Origin: Pocillopora damicornis
Lineage: Eukaryota
Length of the DNA stretch: 62,326 bases
Direction of reading: 5' to 3'
NCBI RefSeq assembly: GCF_003704095.1
Contig: NW_020845316.1
Span: 496,001-558,326, forward strand
A program made the position numbers and the translations under genes. Within the stretch, counting starts at the first letter, position 1. Each line of letters starts with the position of its first letter. The notes beneath the pieces were generated by a model. That model did not search any database. It had not been told where the DNA came from and saw only the letters and a list, made by a program, of their open reading frames with translations. Shown here in pieces: positions 37,901 to 50,947 of the stretch.

Positions 37901-40210
37901 TTCTTCATGGACACAATATTAGTTATTCGATTAAAAGAACTAAATATAACACTCATTCAGATATTCTTTAGTTGTAATCTTTTTGATGAGTAAATGGAAA
38001 CTTAATCATGTTATTCAGGATGTTTTTCTAATTCAAGGAACTAGAGATTGAATAATCCTCTGCCTACCATGAAGAAATAATCTGGTTAAATTTCATGGCC
38101 TGGGCTATTTTTCATTTAAACATGAAGAGCATTATCTTTCCTTGGGAAAGGAATAATAATATAGTTATAGTAATAAGGAAAAAGTATTTCATGGATGAGG
38201 TCTTTCCATATTTCTCAGTTGTATGCAAAGTAAACAATGAATAGCCTGATATAACTGCAATACCTTTACTTGAATGAAAGACAGAAAGAGAACAAACAAT
38301 TTTGTACAAGTAACTCAATTTGGTTAAATCACAATATGTATGTGTTATTGACCAAGTGTGAGGTCAAATTGGCCAGATATTAGCTAAGTTCTTTATTTGC
38401 ATTTTTATAAACCATGAGGAAGTTGAGTCAGAAAAGGAACAAGGCTAACATGCAGCCATCTTGACTGAACAAGCTTGGTCAAAAAGAATTTAGTATTTAG
38501 CAAAAAGATTTCACTTTATCAAGAATCAAGAATGACACTTTTATTTCAAGAGCGGGAAAGAAAGCCAACTGCGTTGGTGTGTTTGGAACACAATAAACCC
38601 TCCAGAGTCATCAACATTTTCTTTGTTTTGACTGTTTTCTACCACTTTTTGCAACTTCATCCCCAACACTGCAATTGTTTGCTTGTGCGGGATCAAAGTG
38701 GGCAATCCTGAGCAGGCATGATGGGTCTATCTTGCCCTCTTAGTAGCCAATCAGAACACAAGATTCCCCTCTTATTGCCCACAAGCAATGCAAGCGATGC
38801 AATAATACACTGTACAAGTCATACATGGACATAACAAGAAAAAACTATTTTATAAAACATAGCTGTAAAAACCCTGAGCATACAAAAATTTCAGTCAGTT
38901 TGTGTCTATTTATTTGCTGAACAAATAAATGATACATTGTTGTTTATAATTTTTTCCTAATTTCACACTAACCACTTCGCATAATGCTGACACCACAGTT
39001 TCCTCTCTGAAAAGCTAACCCTTCATAGGAGGCTCCTGTGGAGATAAAAGAATAAAGTTAAGGTAATTGTAGAGGACCTTTGTTGCTACAAGTTCAGTCT
39101 ATTATAATTTGAATTTCAAGCTATAGATATTAAAAAATAGTCCAAATGTCTAAATCTTTAAATTATTGACACTTCCAAGGAAAAAAAAGATCTTACCAGT
39201 GGGTGTCTTCACTGTGCAGGTTTCATATGGAAGCTGGTTCAGGCCTTCCTCTACCACCAGTCTTATCTGGGTAAGAATAAAAATCAGTTTTAACTATTAA
39301 CAACTGAAAGATGAAAACCAGACTAAGTCTTACATTGACGCAGTGTGTTAATTCACTCACAAGGCGATCAGCATAAAAGACAAAGTCTCCTCTCTCTGTT
39401 TCTCTACAAAGACAAAAGGTAGTAAGCAATGAGGATTTGCAAACATCACCTTTCAGTTAAACGTATTGAAAATGGAGGATGTCAGAAGGTAGACCACTGG
39501 TTAGTCAAAGGTTAATGTTATGCTGAGCCAAAAATACAAATTTAGAAATAGGCAAATTGGAGCACAAGAGGACAATCTTTGTAGTAATGGAAAAATAAGG
39601 AGTTCCCTCCTTTTTCCATGTGGAGCATATCACATCGAAAAAGTAGCCTCTATCCCTACCAACCCAATGCGCCCAAGGTCAATGAAGTATGACGTGATTT
39701 TATGTATTCAATGAAAGAGAGACAGGTAAAAAAAAGGCGCACACACACACACATCTAGCCAGCTCCTCAATAAAAGGGTCATCTGGAAAGGCACCTTAAT
39801 TCAACTCTCGATCTTGAACTTGACTCAGCTGTGAATTTAATGATAGCTTGAAAGCATCTCGTAATGGCCATGCAATCACTCGTGAATTCATTTAAGTTTA
39901 ACTAATTTTTAGACGTCTAAGATAGATTTGCATCGATCCTGTTGGCAGATTTAAACAAGAAAATAAGAACCTACTTGTCTCTCAAAATTGTCTGTAGCTC
40001 TCGAACTTGATCATTTATCTGGATTATTTTCAGTTGTGAGCCAAATTCGTCTCTCGTAGCCGTCACCGGCGGTTTTTCGTCGGGTGCTGCTGAAAGTCCA
40101 TTCAAAAGTTCACCGTTTTCTGCGGCAATGTTACATTTCCCGGTCGTTTTAGAATCTTTTCGTTTTCTACGCGTCTCATTTTCTTCCTTACAGCTCAAAA
40201 CGTCGGGCAT
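34931..40210 (-). CDS. UPRT: Uracil phosphoribosyltransferase homolog (8 exons: 40210-39975, 39403-39361, 39266-39197, 39035-38973, 37576-37482, 36278-36212, 35536-35438, 35037-34931)
   Basis: ELQTILRDK|ETERGDFVFYADRL|IRLVVEEGLNQLPY..KTPT|G..NCGVSIMRS|GEAMEKGLRDCCRSIRIGKILI|VYYAKFPP..KVLLMYPLL|NSGATV|..FGQRYFGTD*, closely matching metazoan UPRT; all phases consistent. Confidence 0.95.
36597..37300. mobile_element. TIR element remnant with internal ~23-bp tandem repeats
   Basis: Ends GGTAAAGAATC / GATTCTTTACC; about 6 units of ATTGGCCGACACACTACCAATGC at 36613-36743 and related units at ~37187-37280. Confidence 0.6.
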
Positions 40211-40402
40211 TTTCGACAAAATAGCAGTAATTCATGCCCAAACCTTCCACGCTACCCACGACACAACTAAAACACGTTTTGAACGAGGTTTCGAGCCTCG
40301 TTCCAGGACAAACCGCGCTAATACCGCTATCAGCTACTCGAATCAGATCACAAGATTTAGTGCTCGTGCCGACAAAGATCGGATTGTTGCACGCTGCTGA
40401 GT
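40211..40402. promoter_or_regulatory. Putative bidirectional promoter UPRT/SMS
   Basis: 192 bp between divergent start codons; CpG-rich. Confidence 0.75.
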
Positions 40403-43400
40403 ATGGCGAAACATAGTATTTTTGACTTTCAATCGCCCGATGCTGACCTAAAAGACGATGTCCTAAGGAGCCGACTGTTCGAAATTTTAAGAAAATATGC
40501 CAGTGGTCCTGTTATATCAACTGAACTGGAAGATGGCAAGAGCTGTTTGTTTATCTTCGTTGGAGAAAATGGGGGGTAAGGAAAGTTAACTATATAAACT
40601 TTCAGGAAGTTGGGTTAAACTGCAAAATGCCAGGTTATGAAGCTTACCCTTTGCATAGATTCCTCTTCGTGGAGTTTTAATCACTGTAACTAAAGAATCG
40701 GTCGCATGGGCTTGGTGTGTGTGATCCTGAATGTCTTGGTTGGTCGCGCGATGAACAAATACTTTGCAAAATTGGTGGAAGGGGGCCGTGGGGAGAGGGG
40801 GAATAGGTAAAAATCATAGTAGGAGGATACCTAAGTGCAATAGTTAAAGTTATTAAATAAAGTCCCTCTATGTCTAAAAGTGGGTGACAAAAACGAATCA
40901 TTCTTACCAAAGCCAAAACGTGCCTAATCAACCATGCCCTAGAGTGTTATTCAAGCTTACGAAATTTAAAGGACAACTCGAGCATTAAATTAAATGTTAT
41001 TCGCCAAATTAGGTTGGCTTTCTATATTGAAGATATCTTTTGCAAAATTTCTAACGGTCATTGACTGGAATATTTTTCCTTTTATATGCTATCAATGTCA
41101 AGGGTAGTAATGGCACATTAAAAAGCCTCAAAAAGGAAGTATGATCTTATCACTTCTAAGAGCAGGAAAATTTCAGAACGTTCCATTCCAGTGCTTCCAG
41201 TCCCTAGGAGATATCTCTTCGCTGAAGAGGTTTTTATGAGGCATCCAAAGAACTATGATACTGAAAATCGCTACTACTAAACATTTTGACATTGACTTAA
41301 ATTTCCTCTTTCTTTTCTCATTATAACTTGTATTTATTAACAGTTTATTTTACTTAATTTTTAGACCAGGTTAGGAAGGACCATCATGTGAACTTAACTG
41401 ACTTAACCATCTGTTATAAATGTCACTCATTGTTTAAAATGTTTTTAATATTATTTATTTACTTAGTAGGCTTGTTTTTTGGAACACAAAACATACCATT
41501 AATATTTCAGTCTAGTTTTTTGGGTTTTCTGATTTTCATATATTACATTAAACTTATATTTTCCCAATATTTTTATTTTCTATAGACATTGGATTCTGCG
41601 AAGTTTCTCCACCGGTTTGATAACCTTGGATGTAATGCAATATGGGAAAGAAGAAATATTGTCTAAGGATGTAAGATTTTATCACATGATCTGTTCAATC
41701 TTCAGCTAAGAATAAATGAACATTTTTCAACTAAGTAAGTCTTGACCCTCTAAGTCACTGTGTTACTGGGTTGCTTCAAACCTTCACACCCTAACACCAA
41801 TATTTATAATTTCTCTGTACTGTTCTCTATACATTTCACATGGTGAATACAAGGAGAATTTTGGCTAACAATCAAGAGCTTCTTTACAATTTGGTGATCA
41901 TTTCCTTTATTCTTGTGATCTTAGTGTTTGGTTCAAGGGTTATAATGTAAGGGTGATCATGTAAGGAGAAATTAGAAGTCAATCACTCCAAGGAATAAGG
42001 TTGAATAAACTCCCATCTCTAGTAGAACTGTACTTACAAAGGTAATCCTTTTTTTCCCTTTTCTGCAAGAAATCTTGTAAAGGTTCATTAGGTGATGATG
42101 TTTAATGCCACATTCTTTCCCTGATAAGAAGGACAATTTTTGGCACAAAATGTGATGTTAGATGATCTGACTTTTGTGAAGTATACCAAATATGCTCACT
42201 ACTGATTAGGGATATAGGAAATTCAATGCCACTTGCATGTACATGTAGTTTAGTCTTTGGAAATTATGAGTGCCTTCTATATTGGTCAACATGATAAACA
42301 TTCTTTAAACATCTCAGGTGTTCATGATCTTCCAAGTTGGAGACTAACATGAATATTCTCTTTTATTTGGAACTTCAGACTTTAAAAAGTATAGAAAAGG
42401 AGATCTGCAAAGTTCTCTCAGCTGAGAAGTCACTGCATTTGCCACCAATAAATCGAGGAGCTAAAGTGAACACCTATTATCCAACTGTAGATGATCTTCT
42501 AATCCAGTATGACTTTGACAGGTACGAAAACCTAATTACAGTGCTCAGTTAGGGATGGTGGCTGGAATTTGTAATGTGGAGTATATCACTTTTGACTATA
42601 TCTTCCACAAATTGATTATACAGCTACACCCGTAGCTGTATAATGCATTCATTATGATTCAATGAAAAGTGGGAAAAGCATTAAAAATATATGGAGAAGG
42701 GAAAAAAAGGCAGAGCAGGCTGCTTGTAAAAGAGTTTCTTATGGTGTTCTAATTTTAAGAGATTTGTTCTAGTTTATGATATATATTAGATTTTTAAAAT
42801 GTAATTTTAGTTTCAAAATATTATTATTTTTATTTTGATACTGGGCCTTTATGGATACCAGCCTTCTCAAACTGATTGATATGAAATTATTTTTTTTAGT
42901 TTCTAATGTATTCCTTTCCTCTTTGATTTAGATTAGAATTTGAAACCAATTCTCCCTACCAAAACATCAAAATTCTTCACTCCCAGCAGTTTGGGAATAT
43001 ACTTATTCTAGATGATGACATAAGTAAGTATTTTAGACCTGCAAAATAAGGCTTTAAAGTTTTTGTTGCCGCTCTCTTTGTAGTCATACACAGTCATTAT
43101 TTCAAGAGATGATCTGCCATTTTTTTAGGCACACATAGATTGTCATCAGATGAAAACAAGTTGAACATAAAACAGTGAAACATTACGACAGAAGAAAATA
43201 CTCAACTTGCTCTTACATTGTACACAGAATTGTGATGACCATCAATAATACTTGTTTCTTTGCACAGATCTTGCTGAAAGTGACTTCATCTATACTAAGA
43301 CAATAACAGGAAGTGGCAGAGAAGTCTTTAAGGACAAAACCATTCTTATTCTTGGGGGAGGGGATGGTGGAATTCTAAATGAACTCCTGCAATGCTCCCC

Positions 43401-46400
43401 TGAGTTTGTCACAATGGTTGATGTATCCTTTGAGTAATCCAAGCAACTTTGTAAATTGTATTTTGTAATTTTTTTCTTATTAGGAAACATGTTTTCCCTG
43501 TAGGGAAGTTCCAAAACAAGCATGTTGCTTTCTTTTCTTTCTAAACTGTTACACCATGAATGCAGCTGATTAAGCCACACATTTTTCCCCAATATTTTTG
43601 TAATAAATTAGGGGTGCAGCTTTGGCCACAAGAACATCTGAAAAATGTGCTACAATTTGCTTGAATTAACATTATTGATCTGAAATTTTTAAGTGTGCTT
43701 AGCAAACAACTAGGAACTTCATAAAAATATACAACAATAGAAATTATATGTACAGTTTTAAGCTGTTAGTTCATGTGTCTAAGCTGGCTGCATCAACAGG
43801 AAACTTTCAATTTGCTTAAAGTTGTATTACCATATGCTTGATCCTTAATTTATCCATTTTTTAAACTATGTAAGATTGATGAAGATGTGATAAACTGTGC
43901 TATAAAGTATTTACGAGGGATATGTGGAAATGCTTTAGACAATCTCTCTGGTGAACATCACAAGGTTTGTTGCACCACAGGTTGAGCTTAGAAATTTATG
44001 TAATTCATGAGGCCATTTGTGGTACTTACTACCATTTCAAGAAATAGTGTTTGACATGAGGAGGACTCAGCCTCATCCTATTGTCCCGTGCTAATTTTCT
44101 TCAGAAATTATCTTTTTTTGTCTTCAGTACACCCTTCTTGTGCCGCCTTGAATGGATTTGGGCCCAGTTTTATAAAGGGTAGATAATGCTATCCAAACAA
44201 TAAATTGCTATCCGGCAGATAAGTGATGGCAAAAGGTATAGTGTTATCCACTGGATAGAGATTTATCCTTTGGATGGAGTTATCTGACCTTCAAACAACT
44301 AGGGCCTGAGGGATAATTTGTATAAATTTGGTTTTGGACATGTGATGTGCTTTGTAAACAGAATGGTCTCATCTCAATGACACTAATAGTGGTCCAATTA
44401 ACTTCTAAAATCACAAACTCAAAGTTTATTGTTATTCATATGTATTAATTATATACTGAACAGTAGTCATTAATGATGATAATTGGTCAGTACATTTTCA
44501 TAGGTACACATTGGTGATTGCGTGAAATATTTAGAGCAGTGCATAGAGGAAGGCAGAACATTTGATTATGTCATCAATGATTTGACAGCAATTCCTGTCA
44601 CAAAGGAGCCAATAGGTATGCTAAGATAAGGGAATCTCGTTTCTTTCTTGGTAACTTATTATTGAGTGAGTAGGCAAGCTGGTCACATTCTCCATTAAGA
44701 TAGGATGTGTCTTGACCTTTTTTTTCTTAACCCTTTAACACCCTATTGTGATTGGCCTCTAATTTTTCCCCAAAGTATAACCCTTGAATCATATGTAAAG
44801 TTTGTGAGAGTTATGAAAATGATCACCTACTTAAGAAGCTCCTGATTGTCAAATGAATTCTCCTTGTCATTGACACGGTAAATGTGGAAATATCAGTGTG
44901 GATAATATGAATACCTATGTTAGAGTTTATTGGATTGAGAGATTCACCGTGCTGATCAAGAGGTCTGAGCATGAGTGTGGGTAGGGGTTGCTTGGTGCTA
45001 ATAGGCAAGACACGTTGCCCTCTCACAGGCTCTCTCCACTGGCAAATAGTTAAATGGGTCTATGCACCTAGAAACTGTGCAGACAACTTGACCCAGTGTC
45101 ATGGGGTAACTTCTAAACTAGCTAAATGAGTCGGTCATCTACGGAAATTTTCTATGAAATGGCACGTCTAAAATTTCTTACCTTAGAGGTCTCAAACCTT
45201 CTTGTGTATCTCTGCCTTTATGAGAAGGAAGGAGCAATTTATTTCAAAATACTTGGGCACAGGGACTTGACAACAAGCTGCCTTGATATTTTGTACTTTG
45301 CTTGTTTTCTTTTTATGGTGTAATACTGATAAATGTTAAGTTGAAGTGTAAATTTTAGTAAGAGATCCTAATGTTTTCATCTGCTGTTTTGAAAGGTTCC
45401 TTGTGGGAATTCTTAAGACTGATTCTGGATATGTCAATGAAGGTGCTGTCACCTAGTGGGAAATATTTCACCCAGGTTTGTAAATTTCATTATTTTACAT
45501 CATGAAATCTGTACTGGTAATTGTGTGTATATCCTCAGGGAAAGCTCTCAGCACCAAAACTAAACCTTTCATTCTTTTGTTTACATTAGACATAGCTTCT
45601 TTGTTGCATGTACTGTGTGCTTCTTCTTACGAACCTTGTAAATAGGAGACAAATAGCACAAACAGGACACAACGTTGGGTCTATGAATTGTAACTTCTTC
45701 GGTTACATTCATTAACTCTGTAAACCAGAGTAGCATCAAACCATTTCAGGAAAAAAGTAAGACTCATTACTGCAGCCTCGTTCCTGGGAAGAACATAGAC
45801 CCTGGGAACGAGGCTGTCCCAACTGTCAAACCAACTGACTGCTGAAAGAAGAACAGTAGAAGGTTTGAACTCAGATTAACAGAGAACAAAGATGCTTAAG
45901 TGTCGTTATGGAAAATTTAACCCTTGCACCTCTAGACTCTCTTCTACCACCTTTGAAGCAATTGGTCATGTTGTATCTTGCCTAAAGTAATATCATAACG
46001 AAAAATCAGCCTTATTGTACTTTAAGACTATATATGTATATATATATTTTTTTATTTCCAGGGTAACAGTTACAATAAGCCGGATGCTTTACTAATGTAC
46101 GAACAACAGTTAACCAAGCTGTCTTGCCCTGTCCAATTCAGAAAAGAAGACGTCTTTGTTCCATCTTACCACGAAAAGTATCCTTTGATCATCTAACTAC
46201 ACCGTTTTATCCCTTGTGTCTTTGACCACATTTCCATTGTAGTTTTGCATTCATAGTAGGGTTTACAGTTTGAGGTTTTGATTAAAAATTATTGGAACCG
46301 TGTGGCCTATAACTGTCCTTGCTTATACCCGGTTTCGTTGCCATGGAGTTACGAGGGTGATGTTTAAAGCCGAATAAAGGGGGTAAATTTCTAAAGAAAC

Positions 46401-46887
46401 TGTGGTGCTGGGTCGGTGGGAGAGTATAACAAAACAATTCAGTATTATCAACTGAGTTGATTACGTAAATTGGCTACCATAATAAGAGTTTCAAAGCTGA
46501 TTTTTACAGCCTCTGGAATGGAATGCTAGTACATCACAGGTTCATGTACCCGCCATGTTTTTTGTCACATTTTCGTGACGGTTCTCTCGCATCCATGTGA
46601 ACTTCTGGGTGGAGAAAGACAGGAAAGACATTTTACCAAAATGAAATAACCCAGCTATTTAAAGTCGTTACATTTGACTAAGATAATAAAGCGTCTTAGT
46701 ATGAAGAGCAATGGCGCGTTGAAAAGGTTGAACAGCATAGAAACATCAGATCCGCTTCAAGGTTTGTAATTATGTTCTTAACTCTATAAAAACCCTATAT
46801 AATTATGATATATTGGCTCCTTGACTTATTTGATCCAGATGGGTATTCTACGAAATATGGAAGACGAATGAAAGTACACTCTCATAA
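40403..46887 (+). CDS. SMS: Spermine synthase (10 exons: 40403-40575, 41586-41670, 42379-42521, 42932-43023, 43268-43422, 43875-43964, 44504-44615, 45396-45475, 46062-46177, 46839-46887)
   Basis: MAKHSIFDF; LPPINRG; QYDFD; [23 protein letters not shown]; LAESDFIYT; dcAdoMet-binding [11 protein letters not shown]; [12 protein letters not shown]; WEFLRLIL; GKYFTQG; VPSYHEKWVFY. All phases consistent. Confidence 0.95.
43423..43874 (+). other. U12-type (minor spliceosome) GT-AG intron, SMS intron 5
   Basis: 5' site GTATCCTTT; branch-like TCCTTAAT at 43842-43849; weak polypyrimidine tract. Confidence 0.85.
46178..46838 (+). other. U12-type GT-AG intron, SMS intron 9
   Basis: 5' site GTATCCTTT; branch site TCCTTGAC at 46818-46825, 13 nt before the 3' end. 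Confidence 0.92.
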
Positions 46888-48412
46888 TACCAATTGTAAA
46901 CTGAGCTTAATTGATGTCTTACTGGAGATGAAAGTATCGAAACCAATTGCATTTTAGCCGAAATTAGCTTAGTTTGAGGCACTAAACCGTCAAACGACTA
47001 TGTTTAACAAAGAGACCTTGGAACATAGTTAGGTCATCGTTTTAAATAATTTATTATACAACCGTTGTAATAGAACACGCATACCCCCACTAAAATCGTT
47101 GGTGTTTATTGTCACGAATATTAAACAACAGTCTATCAGCCCGCTTCTATGTAGCTACCTACTTTGCGTACATTTTAGCCTGACTGCTTGGCTTAGTTTG
47201 TCGTCGTGAAAAGAGAAAGCTTACACCGAGGCATAGATGCCGTAATGATTTCTCAACGAGCGAACACTCAACTCCCAATGCCTTGTTGAAGGAACCGAAA
47301 CGAGATAACCTGTGTCTGATACAACTCCCGCTTGCTACGCATGGTTATCTCGAGCCACGAGTATTTTGAACTTCTGTTTAGGCCAATTCGTCTTCCTAAA
47401 CATTTATTTGACCCCGTCGATCCTTTGAGCTTGTTGCTGATCCCCATAAGCTTAGAGAAAGCTTCTCAAATCAAGCCCAAAGGAAAAATGAACAACAAGG
47501 CCTACAGCTAACTTGGTCCTAACCGGGATTATCTTTGTAAGTATAAATAAATGGTGAGTAGGGCTACCCTCTCCCCAAATAAAGAAGAAACAAAGACAAA
47601 GTAACTTTACAATTAGCCATTGCAACTTATAATGTTAAATGCCTGCCCTCTCCCCCTCCTGAAAAGTATCTCCCGTGATCTATGTTGGTATGTGTGGACT
47701 CGTAAGAAAATGAATCGAATTCTCGTCTCTCTCTTAAGGTGAGATTCATAGGGCTATCTTTAAGGTTAAGGTAGCTTCAAGGTTGCCATTAGAGAAGTAA
47801 AAAACTGTATTTGTGTTATTGTGATGCGGCAAGTTTGAAGGGTTTGAAGATTGTAGGGTGGGCTCTCGGCAACTTCCGAGCGAGAGAAATCGTCTTTCAA
47901 ATCATGGTCTAACTCTAACTCGTTTGTGTATGTTAGACCAGTAGTGTGTTTTCATGAGAAAACATCATGTGAGCTTAAGGTCTTTCTGGACTTGAAAAAG
48001 CTAATAAAACGACGCAAAGATTGGTCTGCCTCATTGTCAAATTAACCAAACCTCAAAGTCATGACGATTGAATACTGAAGAAGCATCTTCAAAAAAGCAT
48101 CCACTTTGAAAGACCATAAAAGTCATGAAAGGATTGTTCCTTTGGCCCAAGCCTTCTCTATCTCTCGGAGGAACTGTGACGTCAGCACTACGTTCACAGC
48201 GGCTCGCACACTTTCAATCCCCTTATAATCAAGGACGAATTTCAATACGGTTAGTGTCTTAGAGTCAGCCTTTGTGTTTCCAGTACTTTAATCGATAGGA
48301 AACGTTTGATAAGAGTGCCCTTGACTTATTTCGCCCGAACTCAGTTCTTCGTACACCGCCTCTCGATTTACTACATTCTGTTACAAAAAGCGAGCTCATT
48401 CAATTTCATAAG

Positions 48413-50947
48413 ATGGCTTCTAATAATTCTGGCGAAGGAGCAGAAACCGTTGAGATCACTGAGTTAAATGCTATCAAAAGCATAAAAAACGATGAGATAA
48501 TCGTTGAAAAGGGTAAGTTATATTGTTGAAGAGATTTTTCAAGTTATCCTGAACACGAGAGATGTTGGAAAGTACACTAACACTGTTTAAGCCTCCACCT
48601 CCCGCCTCGAATTATGAAATCCGATACAGCAAAGCACTCGAATTGTTCTCGTTTTGAGACTAGAGTGCCTGTAAATGGGCGCACTGAATATCAATGAAAA
48701 ATCAGAATATAATGAGAAATTTTACTTGACTATGTATGGTAGCGAAGAAAATATGGGGAATGACAGAGTGGGATGCTAGGGAGTCCTGTACGCTTTTAAT
48801 CTAAACACTTACGGGCAATAAAATAAGGAAGATGGCGGAATGAATGTGAACCAACGGGCCATATTACATAGTCGATGGGCGTCGTATTATATTTAGCAAG
48901 ACTCAGTATCAGCCGCAAGAGTGATTTCATCGATACTCTGATGTAAAACTGACACGATTTTAAAGCTCTTGGCACAGACACGAAGGCCTAATTAGCATTT
49001 TAACAGGGCTAAATTGAGCAGAGGCCATTCTGCAATTAACATAAATGTCACGCAAATGTTTCGAATGATAGCTTTGTTTCCAGTCAGTTCTAAAAGCTAC
49101 TTTCGGTAGGAGCCGTTCCTATCCATTAGTGAATGATATAACTGCCGTATTCTTTATTAGAGGTCATATGTTTGCTCCTTCGGTGATAGAGGTTTGTAAA
49201 TAGATCAGTCACGTTCATGCTCTATTTTTGTGGACTCCGAGTTTTCTGTGAATAGAATTCTGTACTTCTGGCCAGGCTTCGCTTTTAGCTGGTTTATTAT
49301 CGGCGGAGATGTCCCAACTCTAAATTCTTAGCAGGTTGCCTCAAATGATTTATATTTTTTGCCCATGAAGAGCATAGCAGACGGGAAAGTGTATCATTGT
49401 TTCCCTGTGTCGCGAGAAGTCTCTAATTAATATGGTTTCTTCGTAAGCAGGAGCTGATTCAAGTGACGAGAAGAGAGAGAAAGCAAGACATCATTTCTCT
49501 GAGCCGTGGGAAGACAGCGATGTGATTCTAGTTGTGGAGAATGAAAACTTTCATGTCCATCGCCTGATAATGAGTATGAACTCGCCAGTGTTCAAAGCGA
49601 TGTTCAAATCTCAGTTTAAAGAGGCAACCGCCAACGAGATTCCACTGCCTGAGAAAAACGCAAAGGGAGTCTTGGACTTTTTGATGAAAATTTATGGACC
49701 CCAGTACACAAAAAAGGAAGTGGAAATCACAAGTAAGAATTATTAGGATAATTATCGTTTTTGTTTTGAGAAAGATGACCCATCTACGAGAGAACTTCGT
49801 AGACAGCTATGATTTATTCAACAAGGGAAGAGTACAATTCAACAAATCCTGAAAGTGACGCATCTTTTCTCATTTCCATTTGCTCCTTGGAATACCGTTA
49901 TCAAAAATGACATTCAAATAAAATAGTACAAAAGTTAAAAGTTATTACAAAAAATAACATTTTGTATTTCCATTTGGAGAATTCTTCTTTAAAAGCTACT
50001 TAGTCGATATTTTGAAGAATCCTTCTTTTCCATAGCCTTATCCCGTCATCCAAACACTGGGGTAGTGGGGTCAGGACGAGAGAATTTTAAACGTTTTGCA
50101 AACCTCTTGACTACGTCTGGGCCTTAGCGAAGCCCTTTGAAGGACTTTGAATCCGTCCAGGAAGGTTTCGAGTGATTATACAGTCGTGGGAAAAAAAATT
50201 CAATGTCACCACTTGCATAATTTACTCTTAGGTGTGCATGTACCACAATATTAATCGGTACTGATTCTGTGGGCAATCAGTCAACTAACTTTCTCGATAT
50301 TTACAAAATATTAAATCTTAGTGGAAAACGTGGAACAACTTATGCAGTTAAGTGACGAGTATCAAGTAACAGAACACATCTTCCAACCTTGTGTAGAGTT
50401 CCTTGAAGACGAACCTAAAACTAAGGAAAATGTCATGAAGATTCGAGCGCTTGCAGAGTTTTATGACCTGGAGAAAGTGTGTCAGGATTGCGACGAACTG
50501 CTCAGCGGTATGACGCTGGGGACTCTTTCTGAAACCGTCCAGTTTGAAAATGTTGAGAAGGATAAACTGCAGCATTTTCTGACGCAGAGGATTAAAGTGC
50601 TGGAAGATTATCTGGAGAAATTGTATCCACAATTCATAGGCCTCCTGGAATGTTGTTTGTGGTTGTGGCATGAGAATAACCGGTCCCTTGAATGGTGTGC
50701 TACTCATTTCAGCAGAGGAAAAGTAGATGTCAATCTTGATAAATGTATCAAGGGATGTAATGATTGTAAAAAAATGCTGGGTCGTTTGGCTTCATCCACT
50801 TTCCCGAGAATTAAAAGCTACTATACTGCCAATACACCAATCTATAATTTCCAAAACACTTATGGCAATGCTATCTCCAATCGTCATCGTTTTGACAAGT
50901 GTTTGCCAGATATAATTCAGAGATACTCTCAGTTAATGGCTTTATAA
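48413..50947 (+). CDS. BTB/POZ-domain protein, paralogue 1 (exons 48413-48512, 49451-49732, 50322-50947)
   Basis: BTB: FSEPWEDSDVILVVENENFHVHRLIMSMNSPVFKAMF..EIPLPEK..ENVEQLMQLSDEYQV; both introns phase 1 with canonical sites; Cys/His-rich C-terminus. Confidence 0.88.

Noticed and set aside
46374-46510. Repeat fragment in the second U12 intron that I associate with hammerhead-bearing elements
   Set aside because: It is truncated before any recognisable catalytic core, so no ribozyme can be supported here.
50348-50707. 119-aa antisense ORF (and similar ones at 43290-43592, 56741-56962, 60437-60727)
   Set aside because: Shadow ORFs of real exons on the opposite strand.
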